From a virus (Duplodnaviria; Caudoviricetes): DNA of 64,000 nucleotides. The position numbers were made by a program, and so were the translations under genes. The stretch covers positions 8,822-72,821 of IMG/VR virus record IMGVR_UViG_2795386107_000001; one strand, given 5' to 3'. The notes below the pieces were generated by a model. It worked only from the letters and a program-made list of their open reading frames with translations. It made no database searches and was not told the origin of the DNA. Positions 19,101 through 27,498 of the stretch are shown piece by piece; positions within the stretch are counted from its first letter, which is position 1, and the number at the start of each line of letters is the position of its first letter.

Positions 19101-20213
19101 CCACTGCGTCAGTCGCTTGCCGCCCTGGGCGACCCGCTCGACGAACGGGCCGGAGGCGACGAGGAAGTCGGTGGTGGCGTGGCCCATGTTGGCCAGGCCG
19201 TCGACCAGGTTGCCGACGACGCGGGAGTTCGTGCCCGCGATCGTCTTGAAGTCCTTGCGGAAGACGCCGGACTTCATGGCCTTGGCGGCGCGGTCGGCGA
19301 GGGAGCCCATCTGTGAGGCGGAGTCGCCGAGGGCGTCCTTCAGCAGGGGAAGGACTGACTTCGCCAGGGGCTTGATGTCCCCGGAGATCTTGGAGAAGAA
19401 CCGCTCACTGATGCTCTTGCGGACCTTGCTCCACGCGCCGGAGAGGGACGAGACCTCGGTGACGGTCTCGCGGGCCGACTGCGACAACTTGCCGAGGGCC
19501 TGGTCGAGCTTCTGCTGTTCGGCCTTGGTGACCTTGGTCCCAGCGGCATGCTGCTGCTGGATCTTCAGCGTCTCCTTGAGCGCGTCGCCGAAGCCGGAGA
19601 AAGCGATCTTCGTGCCGATGGCGGCGGTGCCCGCCGCGGCGATCAGCCCGGGTATCGCGCCGAGGACACCGACCGCGGGCGCGGCCGCCGAGACCAGGGC
19701 GGTGAGTCCGGCGCCGTACTGGCCGATGAGGGCGACCGCGGGCTCCAGCAGGGAGAGGAGTCCGCCGATGAGGAGCCCGCGGCCGCGGGGCATCTTCGCC
19801 CGTATCGGGACGTTGACCGGGCGGCGGTCTGCCTCATCCTGGGCGCCGGTGATGAGGTTACGGAGCCCGCTGAGGAGACCGCCGCCGCGGCGGCCGCCGT
19901 TGTCGCCGTCGCCGTCCGGTCTGACGGGAAGGTTCAGGTCGAGGTCGTCGATACTGCGGCGGATGCCGTCGAGTTCACTGCGGAACCGCTCCTCGTCGAC
20001 CTTGACCTTGACCTTGGCGGTGACGCCCTTGGACGCCTCCTCCGCGGCCTTCTTGAGCTGCTTGCGGAGCCCCTTTGCGTTGACCTCGACCTTGATCTTG
20101 GCGGCCAGGCCCTCGGCGGCCACCTCGACTTCGCTGCGCAGCTTCGCCGCGAAACCCGCAAGGTCGGCAACGACCGGCACGTCGAGGCGGCCGGCCTGCA
20201 GGCCCTCAGCCAC
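16182..20213 (-). CDS. Tape measure protein
   Basis: 1343 aa, Ala/Gly/Leu-rich, hydrophobic central stretch, C-terminal AxGG repeats and WAEPETGGEAYIPL; follows the tail chaperones. Confidence 0.92.
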   Translation of the reverse strand: MAEGLQAGRLDVPVVADLAGFAAKLRSEVEVAAEGLAAKIKVEVNAKGLRKQLKKAAEEASKGVTAKVKVKVDEERFRSELDGIRRSIDDLDLNLPVRPDGDGDNGGRRGGGLLSGLRNLITGAQDEADRRPVNVPIRAKMPRGRGLLIGGLLSLLEPAVALIGQYGAGLTALVSAAAPAVGVLGAIPGLIAAAGTAAIGTKIAFSGFGDALKETLKIQQQHAAGTKVTKAEQQKLDQALGKLSQSARETVTEVSSLSGAWSKVRKSISERFFSKISGDIKPLAKSVLPLLKDALGDSASQMGSLADRAAKAMKSGVFRKDFKTIAGTNSRVVGNLVDGLANMGHATTDFLVASGPFVERVAQGGKRLTQWFRASVQAGRETGSLAKFLDHAGDKAAQLGRTTGSLIRGLGGVGRAAMDTGNAMLDGLEGSMKRFERYANSGAGQKAMKQLFSDAAPTFHEVNLLFGDLMRGLGRSMKDGGITDLVRQIRLELMPALGTFFSSLGQTVGPALISVISNIATAIGNLSAAGSGLGVLLVTFNGLLQIFNGIMGVIPGANSALAIFLGTMLALKVVSGVATMLRGFGTSVVAAGTSVRTLNTTLRGTATASGTSLSLWGRMSGVYSRVSQQGGRLTGTLRGIGAANKVAVRALGGITGALGGPLGIAITAATIGLGWLASKQEAAARAAEAHEEQVENLAQALAQSNGEVDANVRAQAAAYLYDVKLADGKGKLVDVLRDAGVSLKDVTNAYLDQGGSVDDLQKKLTTLADATKYYKSYAADKASELVYTEQGEKYKAAADALGDMNGTLKETRKRQQELADATNGSTSTGTTAYDRLQTAVQGFSDKTKSADERTDALKRALDALNGNTQSFHDAEAQLNNVMLQIDDTMKSNIDHADGWGKALVGNDHLVDTSTKNGQTLNSQLTELRDNMLAVATKAQEAGEQGLMPMSDAMDKGQAAMEKARKKALELARDMGIPKDQAKALVDQMGFVPDTITTLVTAKGIPEATAEVLALRGKLESIPPGKGIQINAPTVAAREQLEALGFTVQRIPGSKKVTVSAPTGGARVNIAALAQDIANAPDKKKVTVQAIIQKAAGDLKNVQQKVAGLPKGKSIEVKTPTAVAQKALKDLGYKIQNVDGKGGKTVRITAPTKSPLANVQRIQTAINNLTGKTVHVTVQYSESGKPSVVRTHADGGIVRYANGGIRRAMDSVRAFAAGAENHIAQIGKPGEWRLWAEPETGGEAYIPLAPSKRKRSEAILERVAEMFGGRVIYFANGAMRQYAQGGVRTRATTVRQRTAAAQAAGSLVGGDLNLNIGAVASTGTALEDAMFELRRIRLGGGGNA

Positions 20214-20652
20214 TGCGGACCATTCCTCTCTGCATGGCGGCCATGAGCATCTGGCGGTGGCCGGTCATGCGGGGCGCCGGCGGCTCCGGTTCGGGCTGCG
20301 GCTGCTGCGGCGGGGGGCCGGAGCGGCTGTGCTTCGCTGTGGTGGAGCGCGGCGGGCGAACGATGGTGGTCGGCTCCTCACGCCGCTTGTCTGCGGCGAG
20401 GAGTCCGATCTCCTCGACGATCAGCGCCAGTAGCTCCAGGACGCGGTTCCAGCCCCCGAGGGGGCGTGAGCGGACCTGGGAGTCGTCTGGCAGACCGTCG
20501 ACGAGGGAGATCAGCCGTCGGAGGCCGATGAATCCGGGCTGTCCTGGTCGGAGCCAGACGCGTCGGGCGTCGATTCCGTGGAAGCGGGAGAGGTCGGATT
20601 CGACGTCTGCGAATCGTTCGCGGAGGAGTCGTCCGACCTGAAAAGTTTCCCC
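20206..20652 (-). CDS. Tail assembly chaperone, -1 frameshift extension (G-T type)
   Basis: The -1 frame from slippery GGGGAAA (20646-20652) reads GETFQVGRLLRERFADVESDLSRFHGID..LISLVDGLPDDS to TGA at 20206-20208, overlapping the tape measure start; not in the ORF track. Confidence 0.8.
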   Translation of the reverse strand, partial: GETFQVGRLLRERFADVESDLSRFHGIDARRVWLRPGQPGFIGLRRLISLVDGLPDDSQVRSRPLGGWNRVLELLALIVEEIGLLAADKRREEPTTIVRPPRSTTAKHSRSGPPPQQPQPEPEPPAPRMTGHRQMLMAAMQRGMVRSG

Positions 20653-21035
20653 AGCTCAACCCCGTAGACCTGGATCAGGGCGATCGTCAGGCGGACGTAG
20701 TCGCCGATGAACGGGCGTGCCTTCAGGAAGTCCTCGTGCTGGTCGCCGAGCAGGATCGCGTACGTCTGGCGTACGGCCTCCAGGAACTTGAGCGGCAGGG
20801 ACGGGCGGCGGAAGAGGGCGTTGACGACCTCCTTCACGCCGGCGTCGCCGTCGGAGGACTCGAGGACCTCGCCAAGGAGGCCAATCAGGTCCAGTTCCTC
20901 GGACAGGATCGGGTCAAGGGCGTCGGCCGGTAGCTCCGCCGGGAAGATGAACTGCTCTCCGCCGAACAGGACCGGGATGCCGTCGGGGTGCTGAACCTCG
21001 CGGCGTTCGGCGTCCAGGTCGATGACGAACGACAT
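20511..21035 (-). CDS. Tail assembly chaperone (G)
   Basis: MSFVIDLDAERREV..YGVELGK, between major tail and tape measure; contains the slippery site. Confidence 0.8.
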   Translation of the reverse strand: MSFVIDLDAERREVQHPDGIPVLFGGEQFIFPAELPADALDPILSEELDLIGLLGEVLESSDGDAGVKEVVNALFRRPSLPLKFLEAVRQTYAILLGDQHEDFLKARPFIGDYVRLTIALIQVYGVELGKLFRSDDSSANDSQTSNPTSPASTESTPDASGSDQDSPDSSASDG

Positions 21036-21090
21036 GGGTGTGACCTCTCGTGTCTGCGTAGCTGAGTCGCGGTGGTGCGGCAGCGCGCGG

Positions 21091-21126
21091 ACAGTGGCAA
21101 GCCGTTGGGGCTTGTGTCGCGCGCTG
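21091..21126 (-). promoter_or_regulatory. Bipartite promoter-like motif (chaperone/tape measure)
   Basis: CAGCGCGCGACACAAG with CACTGT at the 22-nt offset. Confidence 0.7.
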
Positions 21127-21136
21127 CCGCGAGGGG

Positions 21137-21727
21137 TCACGTCGCGGGCGCGAAGGCCGGGTCATCGGTGAGGACGTACCAGGCGTCGAGGTCATCGCCG
21201 CCCTGGACCGCGAGCCTGAGCGGCAGCACGGCCTCCTTGGTCTTGGCGAGGTCCTTGGAGACGCCTTCCATCTGCATGCAGCGGGGGACGACGTAGCGGT
21301 AGTGCTTGCCGCCGTCGATGACCTCGATGACGGCCATCACCTCGGTGCGGGAACCGATGCGCGGCGGGGTGAACTTGTAGTGCGTTGCCGCCGGCGGCCC
21401 GGCGACGCTGATGGTGCTGATCTCGCCGCCGCCGTACACCGCGCGGAAGTTCTCGCCGGACCACTGCTGCAGGTCGACCTCGATAGTGGCCGCATCGGAG
21501 GTCTGGAACGTGCGGGTCGGGTACGAGGACTGGGCGGACTTGACCTGCTCGAAGTTCGGTTCGGAGTTGAACTTCAAGCTGTCCTCGGTGGTGAGACCGA
21601 CGCTGCGCAGTGCGGCCGGCAGCGCCGCGGTGGCGTCGGCCGGCGCGGTCGTGCCGACGGGGGCCAGATAGACCCGGGTGATAGACGGAATGACGATCTG
21701 GTTGTTGTTGGTGGTCTCGCCTGCCAT
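21137..21727 (-). CDS. Major tail (tube) protein
   Basis: 196 aa; RVYLAPVGTTAP, VGLTTEDSLKF, RYVVPR; expected position in the module. Confidence 0.85.
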   Translation of the reverse strand: MAGETTNNNQIVIPSITRVYLAPVGTTAPADATAALPAALRSVGLTTEDSLKFNSEPNFEQVKSAQSSYPTRTFQTSDAATIEVDLQQWSGENFRAVYGGGEISTISVAGPPAATHYKFTPPRIGSRTEVMAVIEVIDGGKHYRYVVPRCMQMEGVSKDLAKTKEAVLPLRLAVQGGDDLDAWYVLTDDPAFAPAT

Positions 21728-21766
21728 GACGGGGTTCTCCAAGGTGTCCGGTGCTAGGGCGCGGAC

Positions 21767-21802
21767 ACCTTGGAGAGCTGGGGTGGTTAACGTCGCGTCG
21801 TC
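21767..21802 (-). promoter_or_regulatory. Bipartite promoter-like motif (major tail)
   Basis: GACGACGCGACGTTAAC with CAAGGT at the 22-nt offset. Confidence 0.7.
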
Positions 21803-22226
21803 ACGGGTGGAGGGTCACGGAGAGGTTCATCAGCCATCGGGGTTGGCCGTCGACGAGGGGCGACCAGACGAGGAGGCCGGAGGGCTTGACGCCGTTGATG
21901 ACCGGCCGGCCGGGCGTGTGCGGCGCCTCGACGATGCCCTGCGCGACCTGGGCGCAGCGGACGAGGATGCGGCGTAGCTCCGCCCTTCCTGGCCAGCCGC
22001 CCGGGTCTCCGTGCACCTCGAGCGTCACCTCCGGCGCGGTGGCCCATCGCAGGTCGCGCAGGTCTCCGCCGGGGCCGTGGCCGATGACGAGGTGCGGCCA
22101 GGGTGCTTCAGGGATGCCGGACACGCGGCCGGGACCGCCGAGGGCGTCGGCGGCCTCATCGCTCTGTTGGAGCCAGGCCAGGAGCACGGAGACCGGGTCG
22201 GCGTCCGCGACGGTCAGCTCGGTCAT
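21801..22226 (-). CDS. Tail terminator-like protein
   Basis: 141 aa immediately upstream of the major tail gene; PWPHLVI, VTLEVHG, GQPRW. Confidence 0.65.
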   Translation of the reverse strand: MTELTVADADPVSVLLAWLQQSDEAADALGGPGRVSGIPEAPWPHLVIGHGPGGDLRDLRWATAPEVTLEVHGDPGGWPGRAELRRILVRCAQVAQGIVEAPHTPGRPVINGVKPSGLLVWSPLVDGQPRWLMNLSVTLHP

Positions 22227-22498
22227 CGTGAGCGGGCGGTGAAGCCCTGCCCGCGCAGGCGGTGGGCGTAGTCCGGGGACACGTTGATCTCGGCACCGGG
22301 CGTGTAGTCGGCGCCGTCGATGCGCAGATGATGCGACAGGGTGACGGTCACCGGTTCCTGGCCTTCACCGAGGGGCGGGCCGACGACGGTCGGGGCGCGG
22401 CGGGCGCGCTCCGGGCGGGCCTCGGCGGTCTCGGTGACGGCCTCGGTGTTCTCCTCCGCCGCGGTGGCGGGCTTCTTGGTGGTGGTGTTCGTAGCCAT
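22223..22498 (-). CDS. Small hypothetical virion-module protein (probably leaderless)
   Basis: MATNTTTKKP..VTVTLSHHLRIDGADYTPGAEINVS; ATG 7 nt after a CACAGT box; ATGA-coupled to the next gene. Confidence 0.65.
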   Translation of the reverse strand: MATNTTTKKPATAAEENTEAVTETAEARPERARRAPTVVGPPLGEGQEPVTVTLSHHLRIDGADYTPGAEINVSPDYAHRLRGQGFTARSR

Positions 22499-22505
22499 GG
22501 CGCGC

Positions 22506-22540
22506 ACTGTGCGGACGGGGGCCGCTTGTGTCGCGTCGTC
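22506..22540 (-). promoter_or_regulatory. Bipartite promoter-like motif
   Basis: GACGACGCGACACAAG with CACAGT at a 21-nt offset. Confidence 0.65.
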
Positions 22541-23075
22541 AGCGGCGGGCGGCAACGATGGCGGCCGCACGGGACATGAAGTGTGTGCCGTCCGCTCGCA
22601 GGTTGCCCGGGTAGACGGTGCCGACCTCGGCCTCGACGACCATCGGGGCCTGCACGGACACGGTGACGGTGACCTTCTTCCCGGCCACGACCGGCTGTCC
22701 CGTATTGATGTGCCGGGCGATGCCCTCCGGGTCGCTGTGCGTGGTGCAGCGGCAGTTCTTGAGGTTGGCCACAGCGCGGGAGCTCTCGTCGCGGGGCTCC
22801 AGCATGTACGTCTGCGCACCCACGCCGCGGTGCTTGATGTCCCACTCCATGGAGTTGATCGAGAAGCGCAGGTTCCCGGGGACTTCCTGCCCCTGCGCCG
22901 CGACGTGGGTCGGGCGGACCTTGTCGTCGCCGACGGTCACCCATCGCTTGGTGGGCGGGGCCAGCCGCTTCGCCTCGATCTCGACCTGGTGCGCGATGCG
23001 CTGCATTGCCGGGGCGATCATGCGGGCCAGGGCCTCCTCGAGCCCCTGGTTCGGCGTGAACTTGGCGCCGGCCAT
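22539..23075 (-). CDS. Neck protein (HK97 gp10-like) with inserted MuF-like segment
   Basis: EAKRLAP..VEAEVGT..GTHFM frame enclosing KRWVTVGDDKVRPTH..NCRC; TGATG coupling at 23073-23077. Confidence 0.65.
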   Translation of the reverse strand: MAGAKFTPNQGLEEALARMIAPAMQRIAHQVEIEAKRLAPPTKRWVTVGDDKVRPTHVAAQGQEVPGNLRFSINSMEWDIKHRGVGAQTYMLEPRDESSRAVANLKNCRCTTHSDPEGIARHINTGQPVVAGKKVTVTVSVQAPMVVEAEVGTVYPGNLRADGTHFMSRAAAIVAARR

Positions 23076-23410
23076 CACAGCACCTCGGGCGGGTTCAGGG
23101 TCGCGGCGGCCTGGACGTAGTCCACATCCGGGCAGCCGGGCACCTTGTGGTTGCGGGGGGTGCCTGTCAGCGTCCAGGACCGGCCAGTCTCGTCGCTGAT
23201 GGTGTCGCCCTCCTTGACGGGCCATGCCTGCGGGTCGAGCCGTACCGTCCATGAGCCGTCGTCCTGTCGGAGGACGGACCCGGGCCAGGTGCCGCGGGGG
23301 GCGGGCTTCTGGTTCGGGTTTGGGGGGACGGGCACACCGTTGGCGTCCCGGCCCCAGGGATGGGCGAGGACGTACACGGTCAGCAGGGCGTTCGGGAGGA
23401 CGACGGCCAT
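23075..23410 (-). CDS. Head-closure / head-tail joining protein
   Basis: 111 aa beta-rich; RDANGVP, VKEGDTI..GRSWTLTGTP; position in the neck block. Confidence 0.65.
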   Translation of the reverse strand: MAVVLPNALLTVYVLAHPWGRDANGVPVPPNPNQKPAPRGTWPGSVLRQDDGSWTVRLDPQAWPVKEGDTISDETGRSWTLTGTPRNHKVPGCPDVDYVQAAATLNPPEVL

Positions 23411-23411
23411 G

Positions 23412-24047
23412 TCAGCCTGCCCCGGAGACGACGAGGGCCTTGGAGACGCCCAGCTTGACCGCGGTGACGTACGCCGTGAACGCCGCGGTGGTGTTCTTGC
23501 GGTTGGCCCGGGTCATGTCGCCGTTGAGGAAGAATGCCGCGCGCTGGGCCGTGCTGATCTCGAGCTGGACGCCCTTGCCGCGGCTGTTCCGGTTGCAGAT
23601 GTTCGTGGGGTCGTTGCCGTTCAGCTCCTCGGTGGCGAGCTGCACGGTGAACCCGGCGTCCTTGAGGCACTGGCCGATCTGGTCGCGGAGGTTGAAGTCC
23701 ATCCCGCCCAGGTACGTGAACGCCGTGGCGCCCGTCGCGCCGTGCCACGACACGATATGCGTGGCGGCCTGCGCCATCGCGAGGGCCTGCGGCTCGTCAT
23801 ACCGGGTCGACGTGATGTGCAAGTCCCCGTTGGAACCGGCGGGCTTGAAGGCGTCGAGGCTGTAGAAGTCGTGGATGTCGGCTGCGGCCGCATCGGCGAG
23901 TTCGGTTGTGCCGGTCTCGATCCCGCCCCCGTGGATGGCCAGGTGCAGCAAGGTCGAGACCTCGGAGACGCGCCAGATCCGTTGGTAGTCGATGCCCTCG
24001 ATCTGGCAGCCGGCCATCTCACCGTAGGACTGGTAGAGGTCGCCCAT
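23412..24047 (-). CDS. Poly-gamma-glutamate hydrolase family protein (PghP/DUF867-like Zn peptidase)
   Basis: AIHGGGIETGTTELA, LHITSTRYDEP, VSWHG, NICNRN, GVQLEIS; RBS AAAGGAG. Confidence 0.88.
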   Translation of the reverse strand: MGDLYQSYGEMAGCQIEGIDYQRIWRVSEVSTLLHLAIHGGGIETGTTELADAAAADIHDFYSLDAFKPAGSNGDLHITSTRYDEPQALAMAQAATHIVSWHGATGATAFTYLGGMDFNLRDQIGQCLKDAGFTVQLATEELNGNDPTNICNRNSRGKGVQLEISTAQRAAFFLNGDMTRANRKNTTAAFTAYVTAVKLGVSKALVVSGAG

Positions 24048-24067
24048 CGGGCTCGCTCCTTTCGGGT

Positions 24068-24931
24068 TCAGCGGTAGTAGCGGCCACGGGATGAGGAGTA
24101 CGGCCAGGGTGGGCGCGGCGGGCGGTTGAGTGGCTGGTAGAGGCGGCGGCGTAGCCGGTTCAGGGTTGCCAGCGCGGGCAGCGCCCCGGCCTGCCCCTCG
24201 GTGGGAGCGGCTTCGTAGGAGATCGACTGCCCCTCGGCGCTCACGGAGGACACCCGGCGCCCTGAGTTGCCCACGCCGCCGGGTCGCTGCCGCTCGGACT
24301 CCGCGGCGTGCGCGGTGACGTAGCGGACGATGGTCTCCTCGGTGGCGCCGTTGAGACCGACCAGGAAGTCGACGTCGTAGGTGCCATCCGCGTGCGGCCG
24401 GTAGGCGATGACTCGAACGGTGTCGTCCTGGTCGGGCAGAGGCCAGGAGTCGGCGTCGTCCAGGTCGCCGGTGAAGAACGGCGTGACGGCGCGCAGAGTG
24501 ATGGCCTTCGGCACGACCGGACGGTTGAGGTAACCCACCACGTCGGCCTGTGCGTTGCGGATGGCTGTCTCGAGCGCACTGCGCTGCTCGGCCGTGATCG
24601 GGAGCGGTACGCCGAGTGCATCGGCGACGGCTTCCGGGGAAGCGACGAGGCCCATGCCCATGGGCAGGTCGAGGCGCACGCTGGTGTCCTTGACCGGCTG
24701 GACCCCGTCGCTCGGGGTGAAGGTGACCATGCCCCAGTAGCGGCCGGCCGGTACCTCGGGCAGGTCGAACCGGTACACCCCGGGGCGTAGCCGGGTGACC
24801 GTGGTCGCCGCGGCGACTACCGGGCCGCTGCGGTCGGCCGTGCCGTACAGGTCCAGGCGGCTGACTGCGCCGCCGGCCGGCTCGGGGTCGTAGTGCGCCC
24901 CGCCGTACATGGGTTCATAGTCGAAGACCAC
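24068..24931 (-). CDS. Head-tail adaptor with extra N-terminal beta domain
   Basis: C-terminal half ASPEAVADALG..AIRNAQADVVGYLNR..VSSVSAEGQSISY resembles gp6/gp15-like adaptors; ATG 24910 is an alternative start. Confidence 0.65.
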   Translation of the reverse strand: MVFDYEPMYGGAHYDPEPAGGAVSRLDLYGTADRSGPVVAAATTVTRLRPGVYRFDLPEVPAGRYWGMVTFTPSDGVQPVKDTSVRLDLPMGMGLVASPEAVADALGVPLPITAEQRSALETAIRNAQADVVGYLNRPVVPKAITLRAVTPFFTGDLDDADSWPLPDQDDTVRVIAYRPHADGTYDVDFLVGLNGATEETIVRYVTAHAAESERQRPGGVGNSGRRVSSVSAEGQSISYEAAPTEGQAGALPALATLNRLRRRLYQPLNRPPRPPWPYSSSRGRYYR

Positions 24932-24942
24932 CCCGGGCCCCC

Positions 24943-25497
24943 TTACTTCTCGTCGCTGTCCGCGTCGGTCTGGGCGGCGAGCTGTTCGGCCTGTGCTACC
25001 AGGCGCTCACGGATGCGGGCCGCGATGCTCTCGGAGACGTGGGCGCCCTTGGGCTGCAGCAGGCGCTCGACGGGGCTGCGGTGCGGTCCGAGGAACGTGC
25101 GCTCGATGAGGCGGACCGTGCACGTGAGGGTGGAGCCGTACGGGGTGACGGGCTGGAAGACGGCGTCGACGTCGGCCGGGGGCTTCTTGGTGGCGTCGTC
25201 GAGGATGACCTCGGCGATGTCGTCGGGGATGACCTCGGTCGGGGAGACGTAGCCGGTGTCCGCCGGGGGCTCGGGCGCCTCATGGACGGTCGGCGGTTCG
25301 AGCGGGGCCACGTCGGGCGCCTTGGGGGTGGCGTCGGCCGTGGGCGTCTCCTCGGCGGCCGCGGTGGTGGCGGTCTCCTGCGGGCTGGAGTCGCCCGTGG
25401 GCTCCGCGGATGTCTGCGCGGTCTCGGCGACGGTGGCGTCGCCGGTCTCGGCGGTCTTCGCGGTGGGGGTCTTGCGGGTTCGGGTGGTGCCTGCCAT
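24943..25497 (-). CDS. Hypothetical protein (Thr/Ala/Pro-rich N-terminus)
   Basis: ATG after GAGAGGGAG; 184 aa. Confidence 0.7.
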   Translation of the reverse strand: MAGTTRTRKTPTAKTAETGDATVAETAQTSAEPTGDSSPQETATTAAAEETPTADATPKAPDVAPLEPPTVHEAPEPPADTGYVSPTEVIPDDIAEVILDDATKKPPADVDAVFQPVTPYGSTLTCTVRLIERTFLGPHRSPVERLLQPKGAHVSESIAARIRERLVAQAEQLAAQTDADSDEK

Positions 25498-25536
25498 GGG
25501 TGGCTCCCTCTCGGGGTGGTGTTCCGGTCGGCGCGC

Positions 25537-25572
25537 ACCCTGCACACCGGGCGGCGCTTGTGTCGCGTCCTG
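25537..25572 (-). promoter_or_regulatory. Bipartite promoter-like motif
   Basis: CAGGACGCGACACAAG with CAGGGT at the 22-nt offset. Confidence 0.7.
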
Positions 25573-25609
25573 CCGCTGGAGGACGGCGCGCGGACGTACG
25601 GTGACACCG

Positions 25610-25639
25610 GACGGCCCCCTGCCCGAGCTGGGGGCCGTC
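25610..25639 (-). terminator. Stem-loop after the IPT/TIG gene
   Basis: gacggccccc-N10-gggggccgtc perfect 10-bp stem. Confidence 0.6.
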
Positions 25640-25652
25640 CTGGCGTCTGGGC

Positions 25653-26114
25653 TCAGGCGTAGGTGAAGCCGTTGGTCTTGGTGACGTTGCCGGCGTCGTC
25701 GACGAGGACGACGTTCACCGCCCCGGCAGCGCCCGCGGGCGTCTTGACGCGCAGCTCCGTCGCGGAGACGACGTCGAGCGACGTCCCGGCGGTGGCACCG
25801 AAGTTCACCGCGGACACACCGTCGAGACCGGTGCCGGTGATGGTGACCGTGGTTCCGCCCGCGGCCGGGCCGGTGGACGGCGTGACCGTGGCGATGGTCG
25901 CCGCGGTGAACAGCCGGTCGACCACGGACTGCGGGACGACGTCCCCGGGCTGGTAGAGCAGGTGGCGCCGGGAGCCCTCGGGGCGGCCGTCGCCGCGGCC
26001 GTACGGCTCGGTCTGGTAGACGTTCTCGGTGATGCGCATGGGCGGGTCGGAGACGGCGACGGCGGGGAATGCCGCCTTCGTGATCCGCTGCCCGCTCTCT
26101 CGGTAGAGGCCCAT
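25653..26114 (-). CDS. IPT/TIG (Ig-like) domain protein, probable virion decoration
   Basis: C-terminal TIATVTPSTGPAAGGTTVTITGTGL..VNFG..VVSATELRVKTPAG..FTY is a canonical IPT/TIG pattern; RBS AAGGA. Confidence 0.85.
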   Translation of the reverse strand: MGLYRESGQRITKAAFPAVAVSDPPMRITENVYQTEPYGRGDGRPEGSRRHLLYQPGDVVPQSVVDRLFTAATIATVTPSTGPAAGGTTVTITGTGLDGVSAVNFGATAGTSLDVVSATELRVKTPAGAAGAVNVVLVDDAGNVTKTNGFTYA

Positions 26115-26153
26115 CGGTGTCCTTCCGCTGCTTCCGTGTGTGGTGGCCGCGGA

Positions 26154-26189
26154 AGGATGAGACACGGGTCAGGCTTGCGTCGTGCCCTG
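26154..26189 (-). promoter_or_regulatory. Bipartite promoter-like motif
   Basis: CAGGGCACGACGCAAG with CATCCT at the 22-nt offset. Confidence 0.65.
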
Positions 26190-26200
26190 GGTTCGGAGGC

Positions 26201-26230
26201 GCTTGCACAATTGTGCAAGAACGATCTTGG
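26201..26230. repeat. 30-bp element with 18-bp perfect palindrome CTTGCACAATTGTGCAAG (copy 1)
   Basis: GCTTGCACAATTGTGCAAGAACGATCTTGG; identical inverted copy at 32494-32523. Confidence 0.9.
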
Positions 26231-26235
26231 ACGCC

Positions 26236-27498
26236 CTACAGGAGCCGAAGGTCGTCCCAGCCGTCCGGGCCGACACTGAACACCAGAAGGCCGGCCGCGG
26301 AGACTTCGCCGCTGCGGGCGGTGTACCAGTCGGAGCCGTTGTCGAGGGTGGGGGCCTGAATCCACAAGCGGCCGTTGCCCACCTGCTGTGTCCGGAAGTG
26401 ATGGAAGTGGCCGGTGATCAACACGTCCGCGTCCGCGATCGGCTGACGGCCGAACGTCTGGCCACGCCACCAGTCCACGGCCTTGTCCGGGCGCGGGTAC
26501 TGGTGCCCGTGCGCCAGGCCCACGATCTTCCCGGCGACGTCCAGCGATACGGACTCCCGCCATCGCTCCGGCATGACGAAGCTGACGTGACCGTAGGCGT
26601 CCTCGTTGCGGGCGTAGGCGTCCGCGATCTGCGACAACACCTCTATGCCCCAGTCGTCGCTGGGCGGCCCAACTGCCTCACGGCCGCGCCTGACACGCCC
26701 ATGGTTGGAGCCGCACGTCGCGGCGACAACTCGGCCGAAGCGTCCGGCGAGACGGTCCAGGCCCTCAAAGGTGATCCGCCGGTGGACGCGGATCATCTCC
26801 GTCATGGCGAGGTCGTTGGTGTACGCCTGCTGCGCGGTGTTCTCGTAGTTCTCGACGCAGTCACCGGCGTCCATCCAGTACGCGGCGGTGGGGCCACGAC
26901 CGACGGCCTTGAGGTCGCGCAGGTGGTCGTCGAGCCGGTCGAACCGCTCAGCGACCCGGGCGACGAGTTCGGGGGTGCCGCCGTCCCTGCCGACCTTCCC
27001 GGCCTGTGCGTCGGCGTAGACGACGACCAGGGCGCGCTCCGCGGTGTCGAGGGCGGGCCGGGGCTTGCGGCGGCGGCGCATAGCGTCACGTACGAGGGCG
27101 TCGACGTCGCCGGTGGACAGCCACGCTTGGGCGGCAGGCTCGATGACGTAGCGGCAGCGCCAGACGGCGCGGGTTACGGCGTCTTCGCCCTGGGCGTCGC
27201 GGTGCCATGCGGCCGGGTCGTGCCGGGCTTCAACGAGGCGGACGCGGAACCCTTCGGGGATGGCGAGGCCCATCTCCTCGACGCGCTCGCGCCAGTCCGC
27301 TTCGCCGGCGGGCGGTGTCTCGGCGGGCGGGGCGGTGACGACCATCGTGCCGCCCGGCTCGTACCGCACTCCGCTTTCCCAGCCGCGAGGGGCGGTGGGC
27401 TGTGTCCGCTGCACCTGAGTGGCGTGGCTCTGCTCAGGGGAGGCAGGTTCGAGCAGCGCCTGCAGGTCGTTGTTCAGGGTCATCGGTCGCACCGGCAT
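26236..27498 (-). CDS. Calcineurin-like metallophosphoesterase (MRE11-like nuclease of actinophages)
   Basis: ADAQAGK, AGDCVE, GSNHG, LAHGH, ITGHFH motifs; ATG 27483 (ATGA coupling) is an alternative start. Confidence 0.85.
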   Translation of the reverse strand: MPVRPMTLNNDLQALLEPASPEQSHATQVQRTQPTAPRGWESGVRYEPGGTMVVTAPPAETPPAGEADWRERVEEMGLAIPEGFRVRLVEARHDPAAWHRDAQGEDAVTRAVWRCRYVIEPAAQAWLSTGDVDALVRDAMRRRRKPRPALDTAERALVVVYADAQAGKVGRDGGTPELVARVAERFDRLDDHLRDLKAVGRGPTAAYWMDAGDCVENYENTAQQAYTNDLAMTEMIRVHRRITFEGLDRLAGRFGRVVAATCGSNHGRVRRGREAVGPPSDDWGIEVLSQIADAYARNEDAYGHVSFVMPERWRESVSLDVAGKIVGLAHGHQYPRPDKAVDWWRGQTFGRQPIADADVLITGHFHHFRTQQVGNGRLWIQAPTLDNGSDWYTARSGEVSAAGLLVFSVGPDGWDDLRLL

